Of a stretch of 64,000 nt of DNA, positions 34,049-43,663 are shown piece by piece. Source of the stretch: Microcoleus sp. (GTDB lineage Bacteria > Cyanobacteriota > Cyanobacteriia > Cyanobacteriales > Microcoleaceae); the NCBI GenBank assembly GCA_042408215.1, contig JAYFMW010000003.1:96001-160000 (forward strand), given 5' to 3'. Each line of letters starts with the position of its first letter. Position 1 is the stretch's first letter. The notes under the pieces were generated by a model. It was not told the origin of the DNA and did not search any database. It saw only the letters and a program-made list of their open reading frames with translations. The position numbers were made by a program, and so were the translations under genes.

Positions 34049-34909
34049 TTGAAGAATCAAAATTTCCAGAGCATATCATCAGCAATCGCAGGGATTCTAT
34101 TAGTAGGCGCGCTGCTCCTCGGCTTCAATTCTTTTGTTGTCATCAATCCCGGTGAAGCAGGAGTTGTCAGCATTTTAGGGAAAGCCACGGATGGAGCATT
34201 GCTAGAAGGATTTCACCTCAGACCCCCGCTGATATCCAAGGTAGATGTGTACGATGTAACGGTGCAAAAATTTGAAGTTCCCGCCCAGAGTGCTACTAAA
34301 GACCTTCAGGATCTCAATGCTAGTTTTGCGATCAATTTTCGCCTCGATCCGGCGCGGGTAGTTGATGTGAGAAGGACTCAAGGAACCTTGGAGAATATAG
34401 TCTCAAAAATTATTGCTCCCCAGACGCAAGAGGCATTTAAAACAGCGGCTGCATTGAGAACTGCCGAACAGTCTATTACTCAAAGAAGTGAACTGAAGCG
34501 AGACTTTGATACTGCGCTGAAGGAAAGGCTATCAAAGTATGATGTAATCGTGCTCGATACGAGCGTTGTTAACATTCGATTCTCCACAGATTTTGCGAAA
34601 GCGGTTGAGGAGAAACAGGTAGCGGAACAGCGAGCGCAAAGGGCTGTTTATGTAGCTCAGGAAGCGGAACAACAGGCTCAGGCTGACATTAACCGCGCCC
34701 AAGGTAGGGCGGAAGCTCAAAGGCTTTTGGCTGAAACTTTAAAGGCTCAGGGTGGCGATTTAGTGCTGCAAAAAGAGACAATAGAAGCTTGGAGAAGTGG
34801 TGGAGCTCAGATGCCAAAGGTGTTGGTTATGGGCAGTGGTTCTAGTCGGGTTCCTTTCATTTTTAATATGAGCGACTTTCAGGAAGAAGCCGATCGCCCA
34901 AAAAATTAG
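34049..34909 (+). CDS. Prohibitin / SPFH (band 7) family protein
   Basis: N-terminal TM, INPGEAGVV, TKDLQ and AVEEKQVAEQ; TTG start after AAGGAG. Confidence 0.9.
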   Translation: MKNQNFQSISSAIAGILLVGALLLGFNSFVVINPGEAGVVSILGKATDGALLEGFHLRPPLISKVDVYDVTVQKFEVPAQSATKDLQDLNASFAINFRLDPARVVDVRRTQGTLENIVSKIIAPQTQEAFKTAAALRTAEQSITQRSELKRDFDTALKERLSKYDVIVLDTSVVNIRFSTDFAKAVEEKQVAEQRAQRAVYVAQEAEQQAQADINRAQGRAEAQRLLAETLKAQGGDLVLQKETIEAWRSGGAQMPKVLVMGSGSSRVPFIFNMSDFQEEADRPKN

Positions 34910-35047
34910 GCTCAATTTAGAGTTACCATAGTATGCTACACTTCCTTTAGCCAAAATATAGCGATCGGGTTAAATCTGTCGCTATAAAAGCGAAGTCCGC
35001 AATTCACACGCAGACAGCACACTCACTTTAGAAAGCAAGGAAAAATC

Positions 35048-35467
35048 ATGACCCGCGCGATTATGGAAACGAACAAAGGCACAATCAATTTGGAATTGTT
35101 TGATGCAGATGCGCCTAACACAGTGAAGAATTTTGTTGACTTGGCAGAAAAAGGTTTTTACGACGGATTGGCCTTTCACCGAGTAATTCCTAACTTTATG
35201 ATCCAAGGCGGCTGTCCAAAAGGCAATGGAACAGGCGGCCCTGGTTACAAAATCAAGTGCGAAATCAACTCGAACAAACATTTAGCAGGAACTTTATCGA
35301 TGGCCCACGCAGGCCGCGATACCGGCGGCAGTCAATTCTTTATTTGCCATTCTCCCCAGTCTCATTTAGATGGAGTTCACACGACTTTTGGCAAAACTGA
35401 GGATATGTCTGTAGTCAATGCTATCCGTCAAGGCGACAAGATTCTTTCGGTAAAAATCGAGCATTAA
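35048..35467 (+). CDS. Cyclophilin-type peptidyl-prolyl isomerase
   Basis: [32 protein letters not shown] and [10 protein letters not shown] motifs. Confidence 0.95.
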   Translation: MTRAIMETNKGTINLELFDADAPNTVKNFVDLAEKGFYDGLAFHRVIPNFMIQGGCPKGNGTGGPGYKIKCEINSNKHLAGTLSMAHAGRDTGGSQFFICHSPQSHLDGVHTTFGKTEDMSVVNAIRQGDKILSVKIEH

Positions 35468-35549
35468 TTCTCAGTAATTAGTTGCGTTTGTAGTAAGGAC
35501 GAAGAGTCCTTATTACAAACTTAATCGGTCAAGCTAAATTATTAATTCA

Positions 35550-36398
35550 TCACTGTAAGTTAAGTGTTAGCTGTTTTGGCGAACTTTCACATGCATTGAC
35601 TTCGGACATCGGCTCCTCTTCATTATCATCAGCCGTAATCTGTAACCTATTCAATCCTATTTGTACATATTTTTCTTGTAATTCTATTCCGATTGACTTT
35701 CTCTTCAGCTTTTTGGCAACAAATGATGTGGTAAAAGTTCCCGAAAATACGTCTAATACAACATCGCCCTCATTACTACTTGCTTTGATAATTCGTTCTA
35801 ACAAAGATGTGGGTTTTTGGGTAGGATGATCTTCATATTGGGGCATACGATATCTGACTCTCGGAAACTCCCATACATTACCTGGAACTTTTTCAGAATT
35901 ATATACTGATGGTGTAGACTTGCGGTAATCAATTAGTTTTCTGACAGATCCGGTTTTGGCCTCTACCAGAATATCTGAGGAATTAAATGTATAATTTCGT
36001 TGGTCTTTGACACAATATAAAATTGGTTCGTACAGAGAACCGTAATATTTTTTTGCTTGGACACCAGAACTGTCATAATACCACACTATACGAGAAAGAA
36101 TTGTCAAACGATCGCGCAAATATAGATCGAAGTAAGGCATACATTGAGTTGAGGCCATCAGATACAAGCTGCCGTTATGTTTGAGCTTATTAATACATAA
36201 ATTCAACCAAGTATAACTCCATTCTAAATAATCGCTCTCAGATTCCCACTTGTCTTTAAAACCATTAAAGTCTTTGCCGATATTATAGGGAGGATCGGCA
36301 AAAATTAAATCTATTGAGTTGTCTTTAATTTCACTAGAAAGGACTTCTAACACATCTCCAAAAATGAGATTGTGTCCGTCTACTTCAAAGATTTTCAT
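35550..36398 (-). CDS. Adenine-specific DNA methyltransferase, beta class (YhdJ-like)
   Basis: DLIFADPPY, NVWEFPRVRYRM, HPTQKP and VLDVFSGTFTT motifs. Confidence 0.9.
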   Translation of the reverse strand: MKIFEVDGHNLIFGDVLEVLSSEIKDNSIDLIFADPPYNIGKDFNGFKDKWESESDYLEWSYTWLNLCINKLKHNGSLYLMASTQCMPYFDLYLRDRLTILSRIVWYYDSSGVQAKKYYGSLYEPILYCVKDQRNYTFNSSDILVEAKTGSVRKLIDYRKSTPSVYNSEKVPGNVWEFPRVRYRMPQYEDHPTQKPTSLLERIIKASSNEGDVVLDVFSGTFTTSFVAKKLKRKSIGIELQEKYVQIGLNRLQITADDNEEEPMSEVNACESSPKQLTLNLQ

Positions 36399-36456
36399 TT
36401 TGCCTAACCTGTTTTAATCAATACGCGCTCTTGTCAGTTATAGTTGGATATTTACT

Positions 36457-36577
36457 ATAGTCCTGGACGCATAAATACCAAAGAAACAATACCAAATAAA
36501 CCTGGTTTTTTACCAGTATTAAATGCCTGGATGCAGTAGTTTAATAAAAAAAACCGGTTTCTGCGTCCAGGACTGTA
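36457..36577. repeat. MITE-like element with terminal inverted repeats
   Basis: agtcctggacgca ... tgcgtccaggact; a half copy lies at about 30819-30833. Confidence 0.6.
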
Positions 36578-36679
36578 CTATAGCAGTTCTCAATCTTGGT
36601 GAGGTATCCCCTATGCCCTATGCCCTATGCCCTATATCAAGCGTGCACCTCATTTTACTGAGAAAGGCTATAGAAATAT

Positions 36680-37804
36680 TCAATACAGTTCATACTTGAG
36701 CAAAGTACAAGGAATCGAGCCATTGAAAACAGGAATTCGCTTTGATGTTCTCAGTCCAACTTGTTTCCCCAACTCCTTATTTCCAGTCAAAATAAACGCA
36801 TTCCAACCTTTAAAACGCTGCTTGAAAATATCGCCTAACATCTTATAAAGTTCTCCCAATTCCCTAGCATCCCCCAGCCTTTCTCCGTAGGGAGGATTGC
36901 AAATCAGAACGCCGCTGTCTGCGGGTGGTTCCAACTCCGATAACTCGGTTTGAGCAAACTTGATCTTACCTGAAAGACCTGCTTGTTGTGCATTCGATCG
37001 AGCTTGGGTTAACATATCGGAATCTCGATCGCACCCTACAACAACTTGCTTAAGTTCCGGTAATTCGCTGTTTTCCGCTTCAGCCCATAATTGATCCCAT
37101 AAAGGTTCGTCAAAATCCCGCCAAGTCATAAACCCAAACTTGTCTCGAAACAATCCCGGTGCAATATTCAAAGCCTTTAAACTCGCTTCCAAAGGCAAGG
37201 TTCCCGAACCACACATGGGGTCTAAAAAAGGTAAATCTGGTGTCCATTCTGCCATCTCCAACAAAGCAGCAGCTAGGGTTTCTTTTAATGGCGCCATCCC
37301 CACTGCGGGCCGATATCCCCGCCGGTGCAAACTGCCGCCAGAACTGTCTAAACTTAAAATACCTCTATCTCGATGAATGTGAATGTTAATTAGCAAATCG
37401 GGATGCTCGACATCAACGTTGGAACGCTTGTTAAATTGATTTCGCTGTTGGTCGGCGATCGCATTTTTTACCTGCAAAGCTGTATAATGAGTGTGGTTCA
37501 AGTTTTCGTTGCCACCGGTACAGTTTACGGCTAAAGTATTGTCAGGATCGAGGTATTCGTCCCAAGGGATTTTTTGCACTTCGCGGTACAGCATATCTGA
37601 GTTGTAGCACCGGAATTCGGCGATCGGCATTAGCACTCGAAAAATTGTTCTCGACCACAGATTGACGCGGTACAATAAAGCGCGATCGCCCGCAAAGTAC
37701 ACCCCTGTAAAATCTGGCTTAACATCCTGTGCTCCCAATCGTTCTAATTCTTGGGCGGCAATAGTTTCTAATCCGCGAGCAACTGTAGCAAAGTATTGAT
37801 TCAT
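36680..37804 (-). CDS. THUMP-domain rRNA methyltransferase (RlmL-like)
   Basis: THUMP N-terminus, LHRRGYR, APLKETLAA, DPMCGSGT and NPPYGER motifs. Confidence 0.93.
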   Translation of the reverse strand: MNQYFATVARGLETIAAQELERLGAQDVKPDFTGVYFAGDRALLYRVNLWSRTIFRVLMPIAEFRCYNSDMLYREVQKIPWDEYLDPDNTLAVNCTGGNENLNHTHYTALQVKNAIADQQRNQFNKRSNVDVEHPDLLINIHIHRDRGILSLDSSGGSLHRRGYRPAVGMAPLKETLAAALLEMAEWTPDLPFLDPMCGSGTLPLEASLKALNIAPGLFRDKFGFMTWRDFDEPLWDQLWAEAENSELPELKQVVVGCDRDSDMLTQARSNAQQAGLSGKIKFAQTELSELEPPADSGVLICNPPYGERLGDARELGELYKMLGDIFKQRFKGWNAFILTGNKELGKQVGLRTSKRIPVFNGSIPCTLLKYELY

Positions 37805-37841
37805 TAGGGGATGGGGAATGGGGGATGGGGAATGGGCATTA

Positions 37842-38054
37842 GTGTCAACTTAAGGCTAAAACCCTTGATAAATCTCGTTTTTACCTGAGTCTAGATCCCC
37901 CTAAATCCCCCTTAAGAAGGGGGAGTAGGGGTTGACTTTAAGAAGACTCCTGTCCCCCCCCTTCTTAAGGGGGAGTAGGGGGCAAGAATGCGGGGGGATC
38001 TAGGCTTAATAGTCAAACAGCATTCTGTGACTGGGTTTGACGTTAAGTTGACAC
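37842..38054. mobile_element. MITE-like element (213 bp)
   Basis: 12-bp TIR gtgtcaacttaa / ttaagttgacac with internal ccccttaagaaggggg palindromes, embedded in a GGGAATG STRR. Confidence 0.65.
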
Positions 38055-38376
38055 CAATGGGGAATTGGGAATGGGGAATGGGGAATGGGGAATTATTCCT
38101 ACTAACAACAGACAACAGTTAACAGACAACAGTTAACAGACAACAGACAACAGTTAACAGTTAACAGTTAACAGTTAACAGTAAACTGACAACAGTAAAC
38201 TGACAACAGACGTACCGCCAACTCACTATAGTAGCTGGTTTTAATCCTAATTATCAAAAAAAACTCTACCTTAAGGTAGATGCCGGGGTTCCCCAAAATT
38301 TATAGCTTGTAGAACAGCTTTGTCAACAAGCGATCGCAACCACTGCTAGAACATCAGCCTGAGAATTCATTGGGTA

Positions 38377-38586
38377 TCAGTGCCTCATAATATGGAAATC
38401 TCCTGTGAAGTAGGCAATGAATGATCTCGATCCTGTTACTTGAATCGGTTCTGCGTTTGCGGCAATTGGTTCCACTAACGACAGCCCGATCGCCCGCAGT
38501 TCCACCCGCTCAAACCGAGGCGTCCACTCTCCCCACATTTTGTCTATCAAGTATTTCTGTATGTCCTCCGTCAATAAAATTTTCAT
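38377..38586 (-). CDS. Short hypothetical ORF or gene fragment
   Basis: 69 aa, 22 bp downstream of the radical SAM gene; no recognisable motif. Confidence 0.3.
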   Translation of the reverse strand: MKILLTEDIQKYLIDKMWGEWTPRFERVELRAIGLSLVEPIAANAEPIQVTGSRSFIAYFTGDFHIMRH

Positions 38587-38608
38587 CGCGTTAGAGGAAC
38601 AGAAAACT

Positions 38609-39235
38609 CTACTCTAACAGGTTCATCTCACCACGATATCCTGTGATAATACGGCTACCATCTTTGAGAACGTGAATTTCAATTTGGTCACTTGCCCAGG
38701 TAAGGCGATCGCTCAAGTCAGGGTTGAAAAGATGCACTCGCTGATTACTGGAAGAAACCAGAGAATCAGGACGATTCACTGCCAATGGTTCAATATACGC
38801 ACCATCAATTAAGACGTCGAGCTGTTCTAATAAATCTTCAGCGCCAGCCGGAGCAGAGGGCGATCGCAGTTGCTCTAGAGTAAACCCCGTAAAAGACATG
38901 ACATTTAGTCCAGCCGCTTTGACTTGACGAGCCAATTCTGCTAAGGCTGGCGCTTGCCAAAAAGGTTCTCCCCCAGAGAAGGTGACGCCTTCATTACGAG
39001 GGTTACTCAAAATTTTCTGAGCTAAGGTGTCAATTGACATGAGTTGATTGATCTCAAAGGACCAGGAAGCAGGATTGAAGCATCCCGGACATTCCCGTAA
39101 ACATCCCTGCACCCAGACCACAGCACGGCATCCAGGACCATTCACTTCTGACTCATCAACATACCCCATGATGTTGAGATCTCCAGCAGGAATCTCAATT
39201 AGTTGTTGATCGGGATTGAGTTTTGCTTGTGTCAT
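38609..39235 (-). CDS. Radical SAM protein (NrdG/activase-like, 4Fe-4S)
   Basis: NGPGCRAVVWVQGCLRECPGCFN (CxxxCxxC), SGGEP, DVLIDG and SSNQR; AGGAG RBS. Confidence 0.9.
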   Translation of the reverse strand: MTQAKLNPDQQLIEIPAGDLNIMGYVDESEVNGPGCRAVVWVQGCLRECPGCFNPASWSFEINQLMSIDTLAQKILSNPRNEGVTFSGGEPFWQAPALAELARQVKAAGLNVMSFTGFTLEQLRSPSAPAGAEDLLEQLDVLIDGAYIEPLAVNRPDSLVSSSNQRVHLFNPDLSDRLTWASDQIEIHVLKDGSRIITGYRGEMNLLE

Positions 39236-39257
39236 GCTGCAACTCCTTTCGTTAGTT

Positions 39258-39470
39258 TTGACACTCTCAGCTCTGAAGAGACTGAGATTCTTGAATAGCC
39301 CATAGTTTGAGCTTCAAAGGTGCTGACAAATCACCTCTACAGGCTCAAAACAACTGCCGGTACTTTCTTGTCTTGCACTTGCGCTTAGTTGCTTTTGTTT
39401 TAGATTATAACTCAAGATTGACGAGGACTTTCATTCCCTCGTGCCGCTTCCCTAGGAATGTCGCGCCGCT
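39258..39470 (-). mobile_element. Short non-coding IS200/IS605 derivative
   Basis: Minus-strand right end GAAT-ctcagtctcttcagagctgag-agtgTCAA at 39258; degenerate left end near 39430-39470 (boundary approximate). Confidence 0.6.
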
Positions 39471-39529
39471 CGCTGCCCGCATCCCGCATTCTTCTGTGAA
39501 GGTATCAATCGCAGTGACGACTCCCAGCC

Positions 39530-40759
39530 CTAACTCGCGGACGAGTATAGGGTGGGCTTCTCAGCAACACCAGCTTTTGCTTCGGTTACACGCTGAGCTT
39601 TAATCACGGTGCGCCCCACCGCAATATTTTTAACATTAATCGCAGCATTCACATCCCTATCTAGCTCCAATCCACAGACAGGGCAACTATGCCATCTATC
39701 TTGAATTTCCTTGAGGACGCGAGTACCGCAACTAGAACAATTTTGGGTAGTGCCATTTGGATTCACAGCTATAGCCAACTTGCCAGCATTCGCAGCTTTG
39801 CAAACCAGAATATCTAGAAATTCACTCCAACCAGCATCTAGGATCGATTTTGCCATCCTAGTTAAGGCCAAACCTTTGACATTCAAATCTTCAAAGCCAA
39901 TCACATCATACTTGTCGAGTAATTGCTTCACCGATTTATAATGAAAATCTTTGCGTTGCCTTGCTATTTTTTGATGATGTTTAGCAAGGCGTTTAACAGC
40001 TTTGCGTCTGCGATTACTGCCTTTCTTTTTGCGAGAAACAGCCTTATTTCGCAGCTTTTTATCAATCTCAGCTTTTCTAGCAAACTGAGGGATAGATACG
40101 GTTTCACCATCACTGGTAATCAAGAAATCCTTCAGTCCCATATCAATACCGACAACATGATCAAGATTGACATCAGGACTAATTGTAGGAACCGTTACAT
40201 CTTGCAATGTCAGCACTACATACCAGCCATCGGCATTCTTGACGATCTGAGCAGTTTTAATTTTGAATCCATCGGGAATAGGGCGATGCAAGATAATCTT
40301 CACATCACCAATCTTAGATAGGTTGATGCGATTACCTTTTCTGCAATCCTGTGGCATCTGAGTATAGGTAAAGCTGTGATATCTGCCACGACCTTTAAAT
40401 CTTGGCTTGCCAGAGCGTTTCCCAGACTTGTCAGCGCTGATATATCGATCGAAAGCTTTCTTTACTCTAGCAATGCAATCCTGAAGCACTTGAGAATGAA
40501 TCTGTTTGTACTCAGGAAATAGCTTTTTGGTATTGAGTAGATCTCGCTTTTGCCAGTAATAATCAGGCTGTTCAACTATTGGAGCAATGCTACATAATAC
40601 GAGAGAGCATGAATTAACAGGACTACGAGTAGACTCATACCAGTTAAATCTCTCTGCCAGCCTATAGTTGTACTGCATACGCAACAAGTCAAGCCACTCA
40701 TCGAATTGATGAGCTTGGGCTTTGTTAGGGCGTAATTTGTACTTGTAGGCTGTTATCAT
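39530..40759 (-). CDS. tnpB: RNA-guided endonuclease TnpB
   Basis: AYKYKLRP HTH start, RuvC D (GIDMG), E (FEDLN), D (DRDVNAA) and zinc finger CSSC/CPVC. Confidence 0.95.
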   Translation of the reverse strand: MITAYKYKLRPNKAQAHQFDEWLDLLRMQYNYRLAERFNWYESTRSPVNSCSLVLCSIAPIVEQPDYYWQKRDLLNTKKLFPEYKQIHSQVLQDCIARVKKAFDRYISADKSGKRSGKPRFKGRGRYHSFTYTQMPQDCRKGNRINLSKIGDVKIILHRPIPDGFKIKTAQIVKNADGWYVVLTLQDVTVPTISPDVNLDHVVGIDMGLKDFLITSDGETVSIPQFARKAEIDKKLRNKAVSRKKKGSNRRRKAVKRLAKHHQKIARQRKDFHYKSVKQLLDKYDVIGFEDLNVKGLALTRMAKSILDAGWSEFLDILVCKAANAGKLAIAVNPNGTTQNCSSCGTRVLKEIQDRWHSCPVCGLELDRDVNAAINVKNIAVGRTVIKAQRVTEAKAGVAEKPTLYSSAS

Positions 40760-40795
40760 GCCATAATTGTACCATAAGATAGATGGTATATAGTA

Positions 40796-40942
40796 ATGAA
40801 AAAAATAACTTTTCAGCTGGCAGATCAAGAGTTTGATTTGCTTGAATCCTACTGTGAGCAGACCGAAAGAGGTAAGACTGAAGTGTTGAGAGAATTGATA
40901 CGCAGTTTAAAGATTAGCTCTAAAAGCAAAGATAATTGTTAA
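40796..40942 (+). CDS. Ribbon-helix-helix (CopG-like) protein, 48 aa, not in the ORF track
   Basis: Manual translation MKKITFQLADQEFDLLESYCEQTERGKTEVLRELIRSLKISSKSKDNC shows the RHH strand-helix-helix pattern. Confidence 0.75.
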   Translation: MKKITFQLADQEFDLLESYCEQTERGKTEVLRELIRSLKISSKSKDNC

Positions 40943-40971
40943 TCAACGGGGTATCGAACCCCGTTGATTAA
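40939..40971. terminator. Perfect 13-bp stem hairpin after the RHH gene
   Basis: ttaatcaacgggg-tatcgaa-ccccgttgattaa. Confidence 0.55.
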
Positions 40972-41293
40972 CACGCTTACATCCCGTCACTCAAGGTCGT
41001 ACCGTTAGAGTGCGGGGCTTTCGCTTAGTAGCTAAACAATTCTGAGATGCCTCAGTATGGGGTTGTTAGAAATCGTCCCTTCTTCACAGTTTCCTCATGT
41101 TTGAGAGCTACTTTGAAGTTGAACAGGAGCAACCGATCGGGTCTGGTTTTCAGCGACCATCCCTCATTGGCCCGCTGACTGGTTGAGCAAGAGATCGATG
41201 CCATCAGCCTCAACCTAGACTCTGTGCTAAAAACCTTCCTGGAAATTGATCTAACAGAGCAAATTAAGCTCCATTCAAAAGGAAGTGGCGATA

Positions 41294-42037
41294 ATGATGA
41301 CTAATAAATTCAGCAACAAGAAACCACTCATCTATGGTTTGATTGGTTTCATCACAGGTGTAATTGCTACATCTGCGATCGTCTACGACGGGAGAACTGA
41401 ATCTTCAACCCCGGTGAGTTTTACAACGGGGCCCGGTGACACAACCGCCCAACTCATCAGTTCTCCCCAAGTCTCTCCTACAAGCGTTCCAATTGTCAAA
41501 CCCGGAATGCCGGGAATGATGGCTCAATCCGAGCAACACTTCATTGTGATGATGATTCCCCATCATGAAGGAGCAGTGGCGATGGCAGAATTGGCTTTGA
41601 GCCGAGCCAAACATCCTGAAATCAAAAAACTGGCTCAAACAATTAAAACCACACAAACCCAGGAGATTCGGCAAATGCAAGCCTGGTATAAACAGTGGTA
41701 CAGCGCCGATGTTCCAGCCTGGTCTCCTGGAATGGGAATGATGCGTGGTCGTGGAATTATGTCAGCACCGACCGTACCTGGAATGATGTGTGGAGGGTGC
41801 ATGGGTAGGGGATGGATGGGCACTGATTTAACTGGCTTAACAAATGCTGCTGACTTTGATCGGGAGTTCATTGTGCAAATGATTCCCCACCATCAAATGG
41901 CAATCATGATGTCTACAATGGTTGCTAGTAGTGCCACTCATCCTGAAATTCGTAACCTAGGTCAATCGATCATTCGCAGTCAAAGTGCTGAGATTGAGCA
42001 GATGCAGCAATGGTATCAAACCTGGTACGAGCAATAG
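41294..42037 (+). CDS. DUF305 / CopM-like Met/His-rich metal-binding protein
   Basis: Two F..MIPHH..A..M repeats with Q..EI..MQ.W, a signal/TM segment and Met-rich linkers; alternative GTG start at 41285. Confidence 0.9.
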   Translation: MMTNKFSNKKPLIYGLIGFITGVIATSAIVYDGRTESSTPVSFTTGPGDTTAQLISSPQVSPTSVPIVKPGMPGMMAQSEQHFIVMMIPHHEGAVAMAELALSRAKHPEIKKLAQTIKTTQTQEIRQMQAWYKQWYSADVPAWSPGMGMMRGRGIMSAPTVPGMMCGGCMGRGWMGTDLTGLTNAADFDREFIVQMIPHHQMAIMMSTMVASSATHPEIRNLGQSIIRSQSAEIEQMQQWYQTWYEQ

Positions 42038-42143
42038 GGGTTGGCTCAGGAATCTCTCTGAGATCAAATCTGCCTCTTTGATAACATCTATCATGGATGA
42101 CAGTACCAGAAGGAAATCTTGTATATCCTTAATCGGACTACAA

Positions 42144-42190
42144 AGAAGCCCATAGGCTCTGTGTACTCACTCGGTGTGGGAGTATGTCAC
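42144..42190 (+). mobile_element. Solo IS605 right-end remnant
   Basis: GAAG-ccca...tgtggg-agtatgTCAC, the same end type as 39514. Confidence 0.55.
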
Positions 42191-42247
42191 TTTTAAGTCA
42201 AGATGGTTGGTAAAACCCGCCCCTACAGGTGGTGGGAAATGTGCGAG

Positions 42248-43594
42248 TTACAAACTGTCAGTAATACTGGTGAAATTAAACGCTTTAACTCGCACTCCCG
42301 GAACTACACTACCGCCATAACGTTTCACCTCGCTAAGGGCATCTACATCCCGCAACATATCAGGTAAAACCTGATTGAAACGCAGGTTTTTGATCGGGTA
42401 AGCAATCTTTCCATCCTCAATCCAAAAAGTACCGTCGCGAGTCATTCCGGTTACTTCCGATGTCTTGGGATTGACGTAGTTGACGTACCAAGCTCGACTG
42501 ACTAAAATTGCCCGATCGCTCCTCGCAATTAAATCTGCTAAACTTTGGTCTGAACCTGTCATCACGATCGGGTAATAAGCACCTTTTGACTCTTTGCCTT
42601 TTTGTGCAGCCCAATAGCGGGAATAAGACAAACTTTGAGGAGCGCCATTTTTGATGATTTCCAAATAGTTATTGCTCAATCCGTCGCCGAAAAAATTAGC
42701 CGATCGCAATAAAGGATGAGCCGGATTGCGCTGTACCTGCACCATCGGGCTGAAAAGTTGTTCGCCCGCGCGGTTTCCAGCGGGTTTACCCTCTGCATCT
42801 GCGATCGACATAAACGATCGCCCTTCATCCGCCGCCCTCGCATCCATCCCCCAAATTACCCAAGGTAGCAAATCCGCAAAAGCAGCACCGTCAAAGATTA
42901 CTGGATAAATACCGGGAGTAATTTCACGGGGGTTGCGGGATGCGATCGCCCGATCGACAACTTGTTGAGCCAATTGGGCGATCGGCAGTTGACTAACACT
43001 CCAAGCCGTGCTCTGAGCCCAACTCGAACCGTTGTCAATGCGAGCAGTAAAGCTGAACTCCGCCTCTGTAGACTGGTTGCAGGCGCGGAGTCCAGTGCTC
43101 GATGCGATCGCGTACAGCGAAGCCTCAGCGCTCAAAGTACCGGAAGCCTTAGCACCTGCTTTTGAGGCGATCGTGCAAGCCTGCTGAACCATTTCTGCCC
43201 GCGCTAGAGGCGATACAGCGGCCGTTGCTTCGTCAAACGCGGCCGGGGGCAAATCGTAGGTTTGAGGGGGTAACAGCGGCATCCATTCGGGGTCTGCGGG
43301 GGCAATTCTGGCCAATTCTTGCGATCGTTTGATAGTTTGGGCGATCGCATCTGCATCAAAATCTGTAACAGCAGCAGAGGCACTTTTGTTACCAAAATAG
43401 CTAGTAATGCTCAGGCTAAATACAGTTTTGCTGATATTTTGACTGATTTGATTTTCCGAAAATCGGGAAAGAGATTCTTCCCCAGTAGAAAGACTAACAA
43501 ATACTGCTTCAGCTTCCGATTTTTTGACTACATTTTCTAGTAAAGATAAGGCTTGGTCTTCACTTAAAATTGCGGGCGATGTCGTTACTATCAT
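42248..43594 (-). CDS. TldE/PmbA family protein
   Basis: SRFSENQISQN and TGMTRDGTFWIEDGKI...NLRFN; no HExxxH motif; directly downstream of the TldD gene. Confidence 0.88.
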   Translation of the reverse strand: MIVTTSPAILSEDQALSLLENVVKKSEAEAVFVSLSTGEESLSRFSENQISQNISKTVFSLSITSYFGNKSASAAVTDFDADAIAQTIKRSQELARIAPADPEWMPLLPPQTYDLPPAAFDEATAAVSPLARAEMVQQACTIASKAGAKASGTLSAEASLYAIASSTGLRACNQSTEAEFSFTARIDNGSSWAQSTAWSVSQLPIAQLAQQVVDRAIASRNPREITPGIYPVIFDGAAFADLLPWVIWGMDARAADEGRSFMSIADAEGKPAGNRAGEQLFSPMVQVQRNPAHPLLRSANFFGDGLSNNYLEIIKNGAPQSLSYSRYWAAQKGKESKGAYYPIVMTGSDQSLADLIARSDRAILVSRAWYVNYVNPKTSEVTGMTRDGTFWIEDGKIAYPIKNLRFNQVLPDMLRDVDALSEVKRYGGSVVPGVRVKAFNFTSITDSL

Positions 43595-43663
43595 AAATCT
43601 GAATTATTCATCTCTGAGTTCTCTCTGTGTTCTCTGCGCCCTCTGTGGTTAAATCATTCCGAA

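Larger units (their letters stand above)
39514..41031 (-). mobile_element. IS200/IS605-family element lacking tnpA (IS1341-like) carrying intact tnpB
   Basis: Minus-strand left end TTAG|ctactaagcgaAAGC-cccgcactc...gagtgacggg; right end GAAG-cccaccctat...tagggctggg-agtcgTCAC. Confidence 0.85.

Noticed and set aside
38609..39235. Calling the radical SAM gene nrdG
   Set aside because: There is no nrdD in the window, so only family-level similarity is supported.
41080..41100. Possible CopR direct-repeat box upstream of the DUF305 gene
   Set aside because: Only a degenerate ttcac...ctcat match, too weak to call.
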